24,418 nucleotides of DNA, taken from NCBI GenBank assembly GCA_045644105.1, contig JAZRGI010000168.1, positions 1 through 24,418 on the forward strand, written 5' to 3'. Shown one piece after another: positions 1-6,697 of the stretch. The notes beneath the pieces were generated by a model that ran no database searches, had not been told where the DNA came from, and saw nothing but the letters and a program-made list of their open reading frames with translations. The position numbers were made by a program, and so were the translations under genes. The stretch is from Eubacteriales bacterium (GTDB taxonomy: Bacteria; Bacillota; Clostridia; Oscillospirales; CAG-272). Numbering within the stretch: the first letter of the stretch is position 1; every line of letters starts with the position of its first letter.

Positions 1-1
1 G

Positions 2-2818
2 GAACGAAACGAAGTAAACAAAAGCATCGAGATGTTGCCCGAAAAGGTACGGCAGATCATTCATCTGCACTACTTTGAGGATCTTTCCATTGCGGAGATC
101 GCCGATCGGATGCGTATTTCCGAGGGAACGGTCAAGCGGCAACTTCACGATGGACGAAAACGAATCAGAAAGGAACTTTGCGCGATGAATGAAAAGTATA
201 GTGATACACTTGTTGAGCGTGTTATGAAAAAGGTTGAAGAACTGAAATTGTGGCAGGTCAAAAACGATAAGAGCGGTTTTGAAAAGGTCTATTCGCAGGT
301 GCTTCGCGAGGTAGAGGAGCTTCCCGAATGTGTCGAAAAGCAACACGCGCTTGCCGACGTTCTGATGCGCGGTTGGTGGTGGTTGCCCGGCGAAAAGAAC
401 GACGCGTTGTTTGCCCGCATTGCCAATGCCGCTATGGAGGGTAAGAATGAGGAGGTCATGACCTTTATTGTTACCCGTGAGGATTACAAAGTGAACGGCG
501 GCAACGCGCGTATCGAGTTTATCCGTGAAAAGCAGATCCCGCGTCTTGAACAGGCGGGCTTTGTCAAGACGCTTGCTCGCGAATGGTTTTGGCTTGGCAG
601 AGAGTTATTCGGCAAGGGAAAGACCGAGGAGGGCAGTGCCGCATACGACAAGGCGGAGGAAATTCTTGGCGCATCGGATGCCTACCGTGTGTTGGTGCCC
701 TATGCTCGCAGAATGGAGGAAGAGCTACTCACACGCTATCAGGAAAAGACAAAAGAGCGTTACCGTGTCGGAGGCGAGGTGAACGAGATCCGCATGATCG
801 ACGGCAAGGCTCGCTATTGGCAAACGATCGAGGTGATCAAGGGCTATCTTTGCTCGGTCGATCGCACGGCGAATGCGATTTTCCGCAACGCATCGGGGTG
901 TGACGCAAGCTTTTTTGCCGACGTTCCGCTTGGTGGTCAGTCGATAGGCTCTGATGGCAGCACCTTGCGCTATCTTTCGGATGGTGAAACGGTGGAAACG
1001 CCCGCGGGTTGCTTTGACGGTTGTCAGATTTGGGAGGTCAGACGTTGGAGCGATTGGTCGGAGAAGGTCGTCTGCAAAACCTATTATAAGGAGGGCGTCG
1101 GCATTGTCCGTCAGGATCATATCGCCGACGGTGCAACCGTGGTTCACACGCTCAATGCTTATGAAATCAAAGGCGGTAGCGGTTTGTTACCCTTCCATGC
1201 GGGAAACACTTGGACGTACGCCTCCGATTATTCACCCGATGCGATATTTGACGAGCTGCAGTTTACGGTTGCCTATGCCGACGAGGGGCGCGTGTTGATT
1301 GGTTGTTGGGACAACGTTGAGAGAATGAAATACGACGAGGAATCGTGGTTGGATGCCGTGCAGGAGATCGCCAACGAATACTGTCACTCTCAAAAAAGCG
1401 GAAGCGAGAAGATCTGTGACGTATATCCCGCGATTGAGCGTGCCGAGCGACTTGCCGCAACGCCTATGCAAAAGGCTTATACCAAAGCGGCGGCATCGGT
1501 AGCAAGAAGAATATTGGCAACCGATCCAACCTTCAACCCCGATCATACGGCTACGGGACATTGGAATTTCTTTACCAGATGCTACGTCCAAAAGAAAGCC
1601 GATTCTCTTTGTTGGACAGGATACAATCCCCGTTGGTCGTTTGAGTGGAAGTGGATGGGCACGGTGGCACATGCCGACTGGCCGATACTGTACAACGATA
1701 TTTTGGGGATTTTGCAGGATGCAACAAATTGTATTTGGTCGGACGAGTGGTGCATCGGTGCCTCGCCCGTTGTCGAATACACCAAGTGGGACAGAACCGT
1801 TAAGACGCAGATTACCTGCGAGAATGGCGGAACGGTTACCACGAAAGCCGGAACCTTTGAAAACTGCTTCAAGCTCTGTCTTGATATCGGCGGTATGGCA
1901 GATGGATGGTCGTATCGTGGTGGTAACAAGGTTTACTATTTTGCCGAAGGAATCGGAATCGTTCGTACCGAGAATGAATATTGCGGTGGCGCAAGAACGG
2001 CGGTTTACGAGCTGACCTCTTACGAGGGCGTTGGCGAAGGATTTATGCCTCTTGCTGACGGTCTTGTGCGTCGATATGATGCACTAAATCTGACCGACGG
2101 TTTTGTGGGAGCGGTAGAATACACCTGCGTTGCTGATGAGGACGGAGATATTGTTGTATTTGCAGATCGCACGGGTATTCGTGAGCTTCCGCCTCCCATT
2201 ACCGAGTATTCTGTGATTCAAGGAGAGATGATTGAGCAGAAACTATGGAATGAGGGAAAATGGAAGGAAGGGCATATGAAGTACGGTGCCAACAACTTCC
2301 ATCTTATGCTCCACCTGCTTGCAAGACCGAGCCGTAATCGAAATAATGCAAAAAGATCGATTGAGATCAATGGCTTCTACATGAATATGATGGAGCTGCT
2401 CGGCGAAAACGGCATCGTTCCGCCTGCGTGGTATAATCTGTATGCTTGGACGGCCACTGTGAAATCGGCGGCATTGTTCGGTGACGGACAAAAGGAAGAG
2501 GGTTATGCAATGCTTGATACTGTCTTGAACTATTGCGAGTTGATCTCTCAAAACAAGAAGGGGGATCTGCTTGACACCGGAAAAGCAGAACTTCTTGGAG
2601 GATCAAAATACGAATATAAAAAATGCGTTATCGTACTTCCTGACGGTTCCAAGGAGCTGATTTCGTATGATTATCGAATGGAGTTTGATGCGAGCAATTT
2701 TGTTTATTGTCTTACTGCCCGTAGCGGTTGGGAATGGTTCAATCCCGTTCGCAATGAGGAGCGTTTCAAGGAATACGTAGAGCGTGCCAAGAAAATGGCA
2801 GACAGCATTAAGAAATGA
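2..2818 (+). CDS. ECF-type sigma-70 factor (region 4 visible, 5'-partial) with ~870-aa C-terminal extension
   Basis: The frame is open from the window edge (ERNEVNKSIEMLPEK...), so the true start lies upstream. LPEKVRQIIHLHYFEDLSIAEIADRMRISEGTVKRQLHDGRKRIRKEL matches the sigma-70 region 4.2 HTH pattern. Region 2 is not visible. TPR-like helices and two copies of a TxxTxAGxFxxC...YxxEGxGIVR beta-rich unit follow. Confidence 0.8.
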   Translation, partial: ERNEVNKSIEMLPEKVRQIIHLHYFEDLSIAEIADRMRISEGTVKRQLHDGRKRIRKELCAMNEKYSDTLVERVMKKVEELKLWQVKNDKSGFEKVYSQVLREVEELPECVEKQHALADVLMRGWWWLPGEKNDALFARIANAAMEGKNEEVMTFIVTREDYKVNGGNARIEFIREKQIPRLEQAGFVKTLAREWFWLGRELFGKGKTEEGSAAYDKAEEILGASDAYRVLVPYARRMEEELLTRYQEKTKERYRVGGEVNEIRMIDGKARYWQTIEVIKGYLCSVDRTANAIFRNASGCDASFFADVPLGGQSIGSDGSTLRYLSDGETVETPAGCFDGCQIWEVRRWSDWSEKVVCKTYYKEGVGIVRQDHIADGATVVHTLNAYEIKGGSGLLPFHAGNTWTYASDYSPDAIFDELQFTVAYADEGRVLIGCWDNVERMKYDEESWLDAVQEIANEYCHSQKSGSEKICDVYPAIERAERLAATPMQKAYTKAAASVARRILATDPTFNPDHTATGHWNFFTRCYVQKKADSLCWTGYNPRWSFEWKWMGTVAHADWPILYNDILGILQDATNCIWSDEWCIGASPVVEYTKWDRTVKTQITCENGGTVTTKAGTFENCFKLCLDIGGMADGWSYRGGNKVYYFAEGIGIVRTENEYCGGARTAVYELTSYEGVGEGFMPLADGLVRRYDALNLTDGFVGAVEYTCVADEDGDIVVFADRTGIRELPPPITEYSVIQGEMIEQKLWNEGKWKEGHMKYGANNFHLMLHLLARPSRNRNNAKRSIEINGFYMNMMELLGENGIVPPAWYNLYAWTATVKSAALFGDGQKEEGYAMLDTVLNYCELISQNKKGDLLDTGKAELLGGSKYEYKKCVIVLPDGSKELISYDYRMEFDASNFVYCLTARSGWEWFNPVRNEERFKEYVERAKKMADSIKK

Positions 2819-3036
2819 AAAACAAGTTACCCATAGGTGAATATCTGCTCGGCTATCGTAAGGAGCACGGAGTTACACAAGCGGCACTTGGAGCGCTTTT
2901 GGGCGTCAGTGCGGCTGCCGTTTCCAAATGGGAACGGCAGCAATCCTATCCCGACATCTTTCTGCTACCCGACATTTCAAAGCTTCTCGGAATCTCGATT
3001 GACATTTTGCTGGGAACGAAAAGCATAAGTCGATAA
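2815..3036 (+). CDS. XRE/Cro-CI family HTH transcriptional regulator (73 aa)
   Basis: IGEYLLGYRKEHGVTQAALGALLGVSAAAVSKWERQQSYPDIFLLPDISKLLGISIDILL is a classic HTH_3 pattern. It overlaps the upstream stop by ATGA (2815-2818). Confidence 0.92.
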   Translation: MKNKLPIGEYLLGYRKEHGVTQAALGALLGVSAAAVSKWERQQSYPDIFLLPDISKLLGISIDILLGTKSISR

Positions 3037-3080
3037 TTTTTCAGTCATGACCACTAGCCGTGCCGGTGGTTTTCAGAATA

Positions 3081-3121
3081 CAAAAAATCCCCGCCGAGCA
3101 TTTGCACGCTCGGTGGGGATT
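3081..3121. terminator. Intrinsic terminator, probably bidirectional
   Basis: Stem aatccccgccgagc (3086-3099) / gctcggtggggatt (3108-3121) with one G-U pair. An A-run on the left gives a minus-strand U-tract, and the sequence to the right is T-rich. Confidence 0.75.
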
Positions 3122-3284
3122 GCAGTTTGTTTTTTCTTTTTCGTTTTTTTCACGGCCGTTTTGTTTGCTTGTTTTGGCGCCTTATTTTTTTGTGCCGTCG
3201 TTGGCTTTGATGCTTTTGCGGTTTTGGGAGATGTCTCCGCGGTTTCGGCGGTGGTTCATAAATATCAATTCGAACAATTATAGT

Positions 3285-3334
3285 AAAAAACAAATCCGAA
3301 CCAATTTCGATTTACGAAACAGTTCGGATTTGTT
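3285..3334 (-). terminator. Terminator hairpin after the distal tRNA-Glu 3'-end copy
   Basis: 13-bp perfect inverted repeat aacaaatccgaac (3289-3301) / gttcggatttgtt (3322-3334), followed on the minus strand by a T-run. Confidence 0.75.
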
Positions 3335-3355
3335 ACGTTTGGTGACCCGTAGCAG

Positions 3356-3460
3356 AATCAAGAACTGAAACGCGCACGATAATGCGGTGATATACCGTAG
3401 ACAACATTGGTGCGCGTTATGGCATAACCCTTGCAGGCTCGGGTTTGCACAGTTCGATTC
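3356..3460 (-). ncRNA. Putative structured element, unit B (three-way junction; RNA or ssDNA)
   Basis: P1 3362-3367/3450-3455, P3 3370-3377/3410-3417 with a 32-nt loop, P2 3426-3430/3441-3445. Same topology as unit A with compensatory changes. Strand is inferred from the upstream tRNA operon. Confidence 0.55.
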
Positions 3461-3475
3461 ATAAAGATTACAAAG

Positions 3476-3523
3476 CAAAAGAAAAGAACGACATTGCTAA
3501 CGCAACATCGTTCTTTTCTTTTG
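3476..3523 (-). terminator. Terminator hairpin after the proximal tRNA-Glu 3'-end copy
   Basis: 16-bp perfect inverted repeat caaaagaaaagaacga (3476-3491) / tcgttcttttcttttg (3508-3523). Confidence 0.8.
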
Positions 3524-3540
3524 TTGGTGACCCGTAGCAG

Positions 3541-3642
3541 AATCAGGACTGAAGCGTGCGCGTTAATGGTGGATTCATTTTAAGAAAATCATAGCGCACG
3601 CTATGGACGAAAATCCCGTTGGGATTTTGTCGCAGTCCAATT
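3541..3642 (-). ncRNA. Putative structured element, unit A (three-way junction; RNA or ssDNA)
   Basis: P1 3546-3551/3633-3638, P3 3554-3561/3594-3601 with a 32-nt loop, P2 3610-3617/3621-3628. The junctions aa and tatgg are identical to unit B. Confidence 0.55.
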
Positions 3643-3659
3643 ATTTAACGAATGATTAA

Positions 3660-3703
3660 CAAATAAAAACAGACTCCGCTAAAGCGAAGTCTGTTTTCAT
3701 TTG
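3660..3703 (-). terminator. Terminator of the tRNA-Met/tRNA-Glu operon
   Basis: Long imperfect hairpin caaataaaaacagactccgc-taaa-gcgaagtctgttttcatttg immediately 3' of the CCA. The minus strand ends in gtttttatttg. Confidence 0.8.
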
Positions 3704-3704
3704 T

Positions 3705-3779
3705 TGGTGACCCGTAGCAGAATCGAACTGCTGTTACCGCCGTGAAAGGGCGGTGTCTTAACCGCTTGACCAACGGGCC
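3705..3779 (-). tRNA. tRNA-Glu (TTC)
   Basis: Reverse complement is GGCCCGTTGGTCAAGCGGTTAAGACACCGCCCTTTCACGGCGGTAACAGCAGTTCGATTCTGCTACGGGTCACCA. Anticodon arm CCGCC-CT-TTC-AC-GGCGG, T-loop TTCGATT, encoded CCA. Confidence 0.98.
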
Positions 3780-3856
3780 TGGTAGCGGGAATTGGACTTG
3801 AACCCATGACCTACCGGGTATGAACCGGTTGCTCTAGCCAACTGAGCTATCCCGCC
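3780..3856 (-). tRNA. tRNA-Met (CAT), most likely elongator
   Basis: Reverse complement is GGCGGGATAGCTCAGTTGGCTAGAGCAACCGGTTCATACCCGGTAGGTCATGGGTTCAAGTCCAATTCCCGCTACCA. It has a paired G1 and no 3xG-C initiator anticodon stem. The loop UUCAUAC resembles Bacillota elongator Met rather than Ile2. Confidence 0.93.
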
Positions 3857-3876
3857 AAAATTACCAACGCTTGAAT

Positions 3877-3905
3877 ATTATATCACACGTTGATCGATTT
3901 GTCAA
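3877..3905 (-). promoter_or_regulatory. Sigma-A promoter of the tRNA operon
   Basis: Minus strand TTGACA-17 nt-TATAAT with TGn extended -10, about 20 nt upstream of tRNA-Met. Confidence 0.9.
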
Positions 3906-4057
3906 CCCCTTTTTTTGAAAAAAATAAAAAATATTTTGCGGTCTTCCGGGGGCATTGTTGGTGTACCCAATCTCCGGCATTGTTTTGCCTTTATCGGTGA
4001 AATTTTTCGTGGCATTTGATTGGTATATCGTCGTCTATGGGAATGTCCTCTCTCATG

Positions 4058-4092
4058 AAAAAAGGCGCGATTTCCCAACGGATACCGCGCCT
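4058..4092 (-). terminator. Intrinsic terminator of the DUF1508 gene
   Basis: aggcgcg/cgcgcct stem followed on the minus strand by a T6 tract. Confidence 0.7.
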
Positions 4093-4115
4093 CTGCGATG
4101 ATAGAATTGTTTGTC

Positions 4116-5246
4116 TTATGCCTGGGGAGCTTCCAACTCAATGGTTGCCGAGATAATGAACTTCTTTACCGATTCGATAATCTTTTCGCATTGCGGTTTG
4201 TTATCATACGATTCTCCGATAAAGGAGGGGGCAGACCCGATGTTCTTGAGAACGTAACGGTAGTTGCCGAACTTATCTCTGTCTACAAAGAAGTTACCTA
4301 CGTAAGCGGCACGTTTGAAAGAATCAATACCGTCACGGCAAGCCTTTTCGTTTGCGTAGTAGCGGCTTGCATAGAGAATCTGACCGTTATTGGCGGTGAG
4401 ATAGAAGCAATATTGCTTTTCTCCCTCCGCACAGATCTCAAACTTACCCATCTTCTGTGCCTGAGCCTCTGCCTTTTCAACCGCCTTCCAGTCGATGTCA
4501 TCGGGAGTTCTCTTACTGAGCTTTGCCGATTCATAAGCGGCAAGTGCCTGTTTATCGGGAACATAGCGAATGACCTTTGCGTTGCAGGCGAATTTCTTAA
4601 CCGACTCAACGCACTTCATGCATTGTTCCTTCGTCGTATAGTTTTCGCCGTAGTACTTGCGCGCCAGAATGAAGCGGTAGCGATTGTACTTGTCAATTCT
4701 AACGTCGAACTTACCTTCTGAAACGGTTTTCTTAAAGGTCTTAATGCCGTTAAGCGCGCCGAGAAGGGTGGTGAAGCTGGGGCTATCAAAAAGCACCTGT
4801 CCGTTGTTGGCAACCAGATAGAAGTGATAACCGTCTACCTCAAGCTCAAACTCATACTTACCGCACACCTTTTGTCCGCTTTTTAAGATCTCTTCATCGG
4901 CTTCCGCAATTGCCAGATCAAATGCCGCGCGAATGTCATCATCGGTTGTCGTCATGAAAAATGGACGTGCCGTAGTTGTTACGGTCGGCTTACTGGTATT
5001 GGTTGCCGTCTTGGCAGTCGCGGTCTGCTTTGCGGGTGCTGTCGGTTTGGCGGGGGCAACGTTTTTTGCCGACACCTCGGACGTTGCGGCGGCTTTTGGG
5101 GTTTCAACCGGTTGCGTTTCTGCGGGTACTTTTACGTTCTTGATCGAAGGCCCTTCAGGCGTTGCGGCGTTTGATTGCTCGGCTACGATCGCCTCTTGCT
5201 CCACCTTTTGTTTTTCTTTTTTTGCTTTTCTCTTGAACAGTCCCAT
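4116..5246 (-). CDS. DUF1508 (YegP/UPF0339-like) repeat protein with a long low-complexity N-terminus
   Basis: Units such as YHFYLVANNGQVLFDSPSFTT and YCFYLTANNGQILYASRYY, plus two partner units ending in ESVKK. The N-terminal ~125 aa are Lys/Ala/Thr/Pro-rich. RBS ggagg. Confidence 0.85.
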   Translation of the reverse strand: MGLFKRKAKKEKQKVEQEAIVAEQSNAATPEGPSIKNVKVPAETQPVETPKAAATSEVSAKNVAPAKPTAPAKQTATAKTATNTSKPTVTTTARPFFMTTTDDDIRAAFDLAIAEADEEILKSGQKVCGKYEFELEVDGYHFYLVANNGQVLFDSPSFTTLLGALNGIKTFKKTVSEGKFDVRIDKYNRYRFILARKYYGENYTTKEQCMKCVESVKKFACNAKVIRYVPDKQALAAYESAKLSKRTPDDIDWKAVEKAEAQAQKMGKFEICAEGEKQYCFYLTANNGQILYASRYYANEKACRDGIDSFKRAAYVGNFFVDRDKFGNYRYVLKNIGSAPSFIGESYDNKPQCEKIIESVKKFIISATIELEAPQA

Positions 5247-5289
5247 AAAATACCTCCAACAAAATAAAATCGATAAAAGTTTTCACTCT

Positions 5290-5318
5290 ATTTTAACACA
5301 ATCGAAATGAATTGTCAA
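5290..5318 (-). promoter_or_regulatory. Sigma-A promoter for the DUF1508 gene
   Basis: Minus strand TTGACA-17-TAAAAT with extended TG. Confidence 0.75.
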
Positions 5319-5367
5319 TCCAATTTGGAAAAAGAAGATTATATTTTTTCCGTTTTATAAAAAAATA

Positions 5368-5396
5368 TTGAAATGAAGGATCAAATATGCTATAAT
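5368..5396 (+). promoter_or_regulatory. Sigma-A promoter for the EEP operon
   Basis: TTGAAA-17-TATAAT with extended TG. It is divergent from the promoter at 5290-5318. Confidence 0.75.
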
Positions 5397-5467
5397 GTTA
5401 TTGATTCTACCGAACGAAACAAAGACTCTGATAAAATTTGGAAACTACACAAAGGAGAATTTTAAAA

Positions 5468-6679
5468 ATGAAGCTGAACCAGAATGATCTGAAAAAGTTT
5501 TGCATTGTTTATGCGTCGGATGCGCCCGAAATGGATCGCATTGCGCAACAACTGACTCAACTGCTCAAGGAGAAGCTTGGCGTTGTACTCGAGTGCTATT
5601 CGGATGCCTACATATCGGAGCGCGAGTATGAGATCCTGCTCGGTTGCACAAAGCGTGCTTTTAGCCGTGCTTGCTATACCGAGGGCGGTGTTGCTCCTAT
5701 GACCTATCGTGTCATCCTTGAAGGTACCAAGCTTCAGATTGCCTGTGGCGGTGCCGCATCTGCAACTGCGTTTTTGAAGGCGCTTGAGCAGATGATTGGC
5801 GACGGTGCGGTGCCGGAGGAGTTGGTGGACGGTAGTTATCTGGAAAACGAGTTGACCGGTCTTTCGATCGTTCCTTTGACCGAGGGCAGCACCCTTCGTG
5901 TGATGACCTCCAACGTCCTGACACACTGTTGGGAGGGAAATCGCGGCTATCCTTCGGTTGCTCACCGTGCAGAGATGTATGCCGCAACTCTGAACGCATA
6001 TCAACCCAACCTCATCGGTATTCAAGAAACCGACCTTCCCTGGATCGACTATCTGCCCTATTATTTTGAGGCGTTGCGCGTCTATTCGGGCGGTAAGCTT
6101 GACTATGCTTGCCTTGAAAACAGCTACCAGATGCCCGATGGTACGTGGATTCCCAACTATACCTCTCTGATCTACCGCAAGGATCGTTTTGACGTATTGG
6201 AGAGTGGTGCCGTTGCATATCCCTACGCCGTCAAGGAACTGAAGTTGAAGTGCCGCACCTGTACGTGGGCGATTTACAAGGATCGTATGGACGGTGAGCT
6301 TTACGGTGTATTCAACACACACTGGTCGTTTACCGCGGAAGAAACCGAGATCAGTATCCGCATGGGGCTTGAAACGGTGCATGAGAAGCAGGCAAAGTAT
6401 CCCGGTCTTCACGTATTCTGCACGGGAGATTTCAACAATCACCTTAACAAGTCGATCGAGAAATTCAGTGAACGCAGCGGTTTTGGCGATTCCAAAGACG
6501 AGGCGAAGAAGAATGGATCGCTCATCAACGAGAATCCCGGTATTCCCGAAAAAATTTACATCGACCACGTCTTTTTCAACGAGGGTGTAACGGTTACACG
6601 CCATGAAACGATTGATGCGCCCTTTACCGCAAAAATGTCCGACCATATGTTCCAATACGGAGATTTTGTACTCCAATAA
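5468..6679 (+). CDS. Endonuclease/exonuclease/phosphatase (EEP) family protein with one GH20b-like N-terminal alpha/beta domain, no signal peptide
   Basis: EEP motifs LRVMTSNV, GIQET, GDFN, IDHV, SDH. Start moved to ATG 5468, which follows the RBS aaaggag. Confidence 0.85.
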   Translation: MKLNQNDLKKFCIVYASDAPEMDRIAQQLTQLLKEKLGVVLECYSDAYISEREYEILLGCTKRAFSRACYTEGGVAPMTYRVILEGTKLQIACGGAASATAFLKALEQMIGDGAVPEELVDGSYLENELTGLSIVPLTEGSTLRVMTSNVLTHCWEGNRGYPSVAHRAEMYAATLNAYQPNLIGIQETDLPWIDYLPYYFEALRVYSGGKLDYACLENSYQMPDGTWIPNYTSLIYRKDRFDVLESGAVAYPYAVKELKLKCRTCTWAIYKDRMDGELYGVFNTHWSFTAEETEISIRMGLETVHEKQAKYPGLHVFCTGDFNNHLNKSIEKFSERSGFGDSKDEAKKNGSLINENPGIPEKIYIDHVFFNEGVTVTRHETIDAPFTAKMSDHMFQYGDFVLQ

Positions 6680-6697
6680 GCAAATAGGAGAGTCGAT

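Larger units (their letters stand above)
3340..3724 (-). repeat. Three direct copies of the tRNA-Glu 3'-terminal 20 nt, spaced 185 and 180 nt apart
   Basis: tggtgacccgtagcagaatc occurs at 3340-3359, 3525-3544 and 3705-3724 (the tRNA itself). The last two copies share 25 nt (3520-3544 vs 3700-3724). Confidence 0.97.

Noticed and set aside
3047-3478. ORFs 3047-3283, 3060-3368 and 3278-3478
   Set aside because: Phe-rich translations of T-rich DNA that run through terminators and repeats. There is no RBS.
3340-3642. Units as extra tRNA genes, T-box leaders or tmRNA
   Set aside because: There is no D-arm, anticodon arm or 5' acceptor strand pairing with the copied 3' end. There is also no T-box UGGNACC antiterminator and no tag ORF.
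3340-3724. CRISPR array interpretation of the three 20-nt direct repeats
   Set aside because: The repeat is a tRNA 3' end, the intervening segments are ~160 nt and structured, and no cas genes are present.
5462-6676. 404-aa minus-strand ORF
   Set aside because: Antisense shadow of the EEP gene with no recognisable motifs. Long shadows are expected from codon bias.
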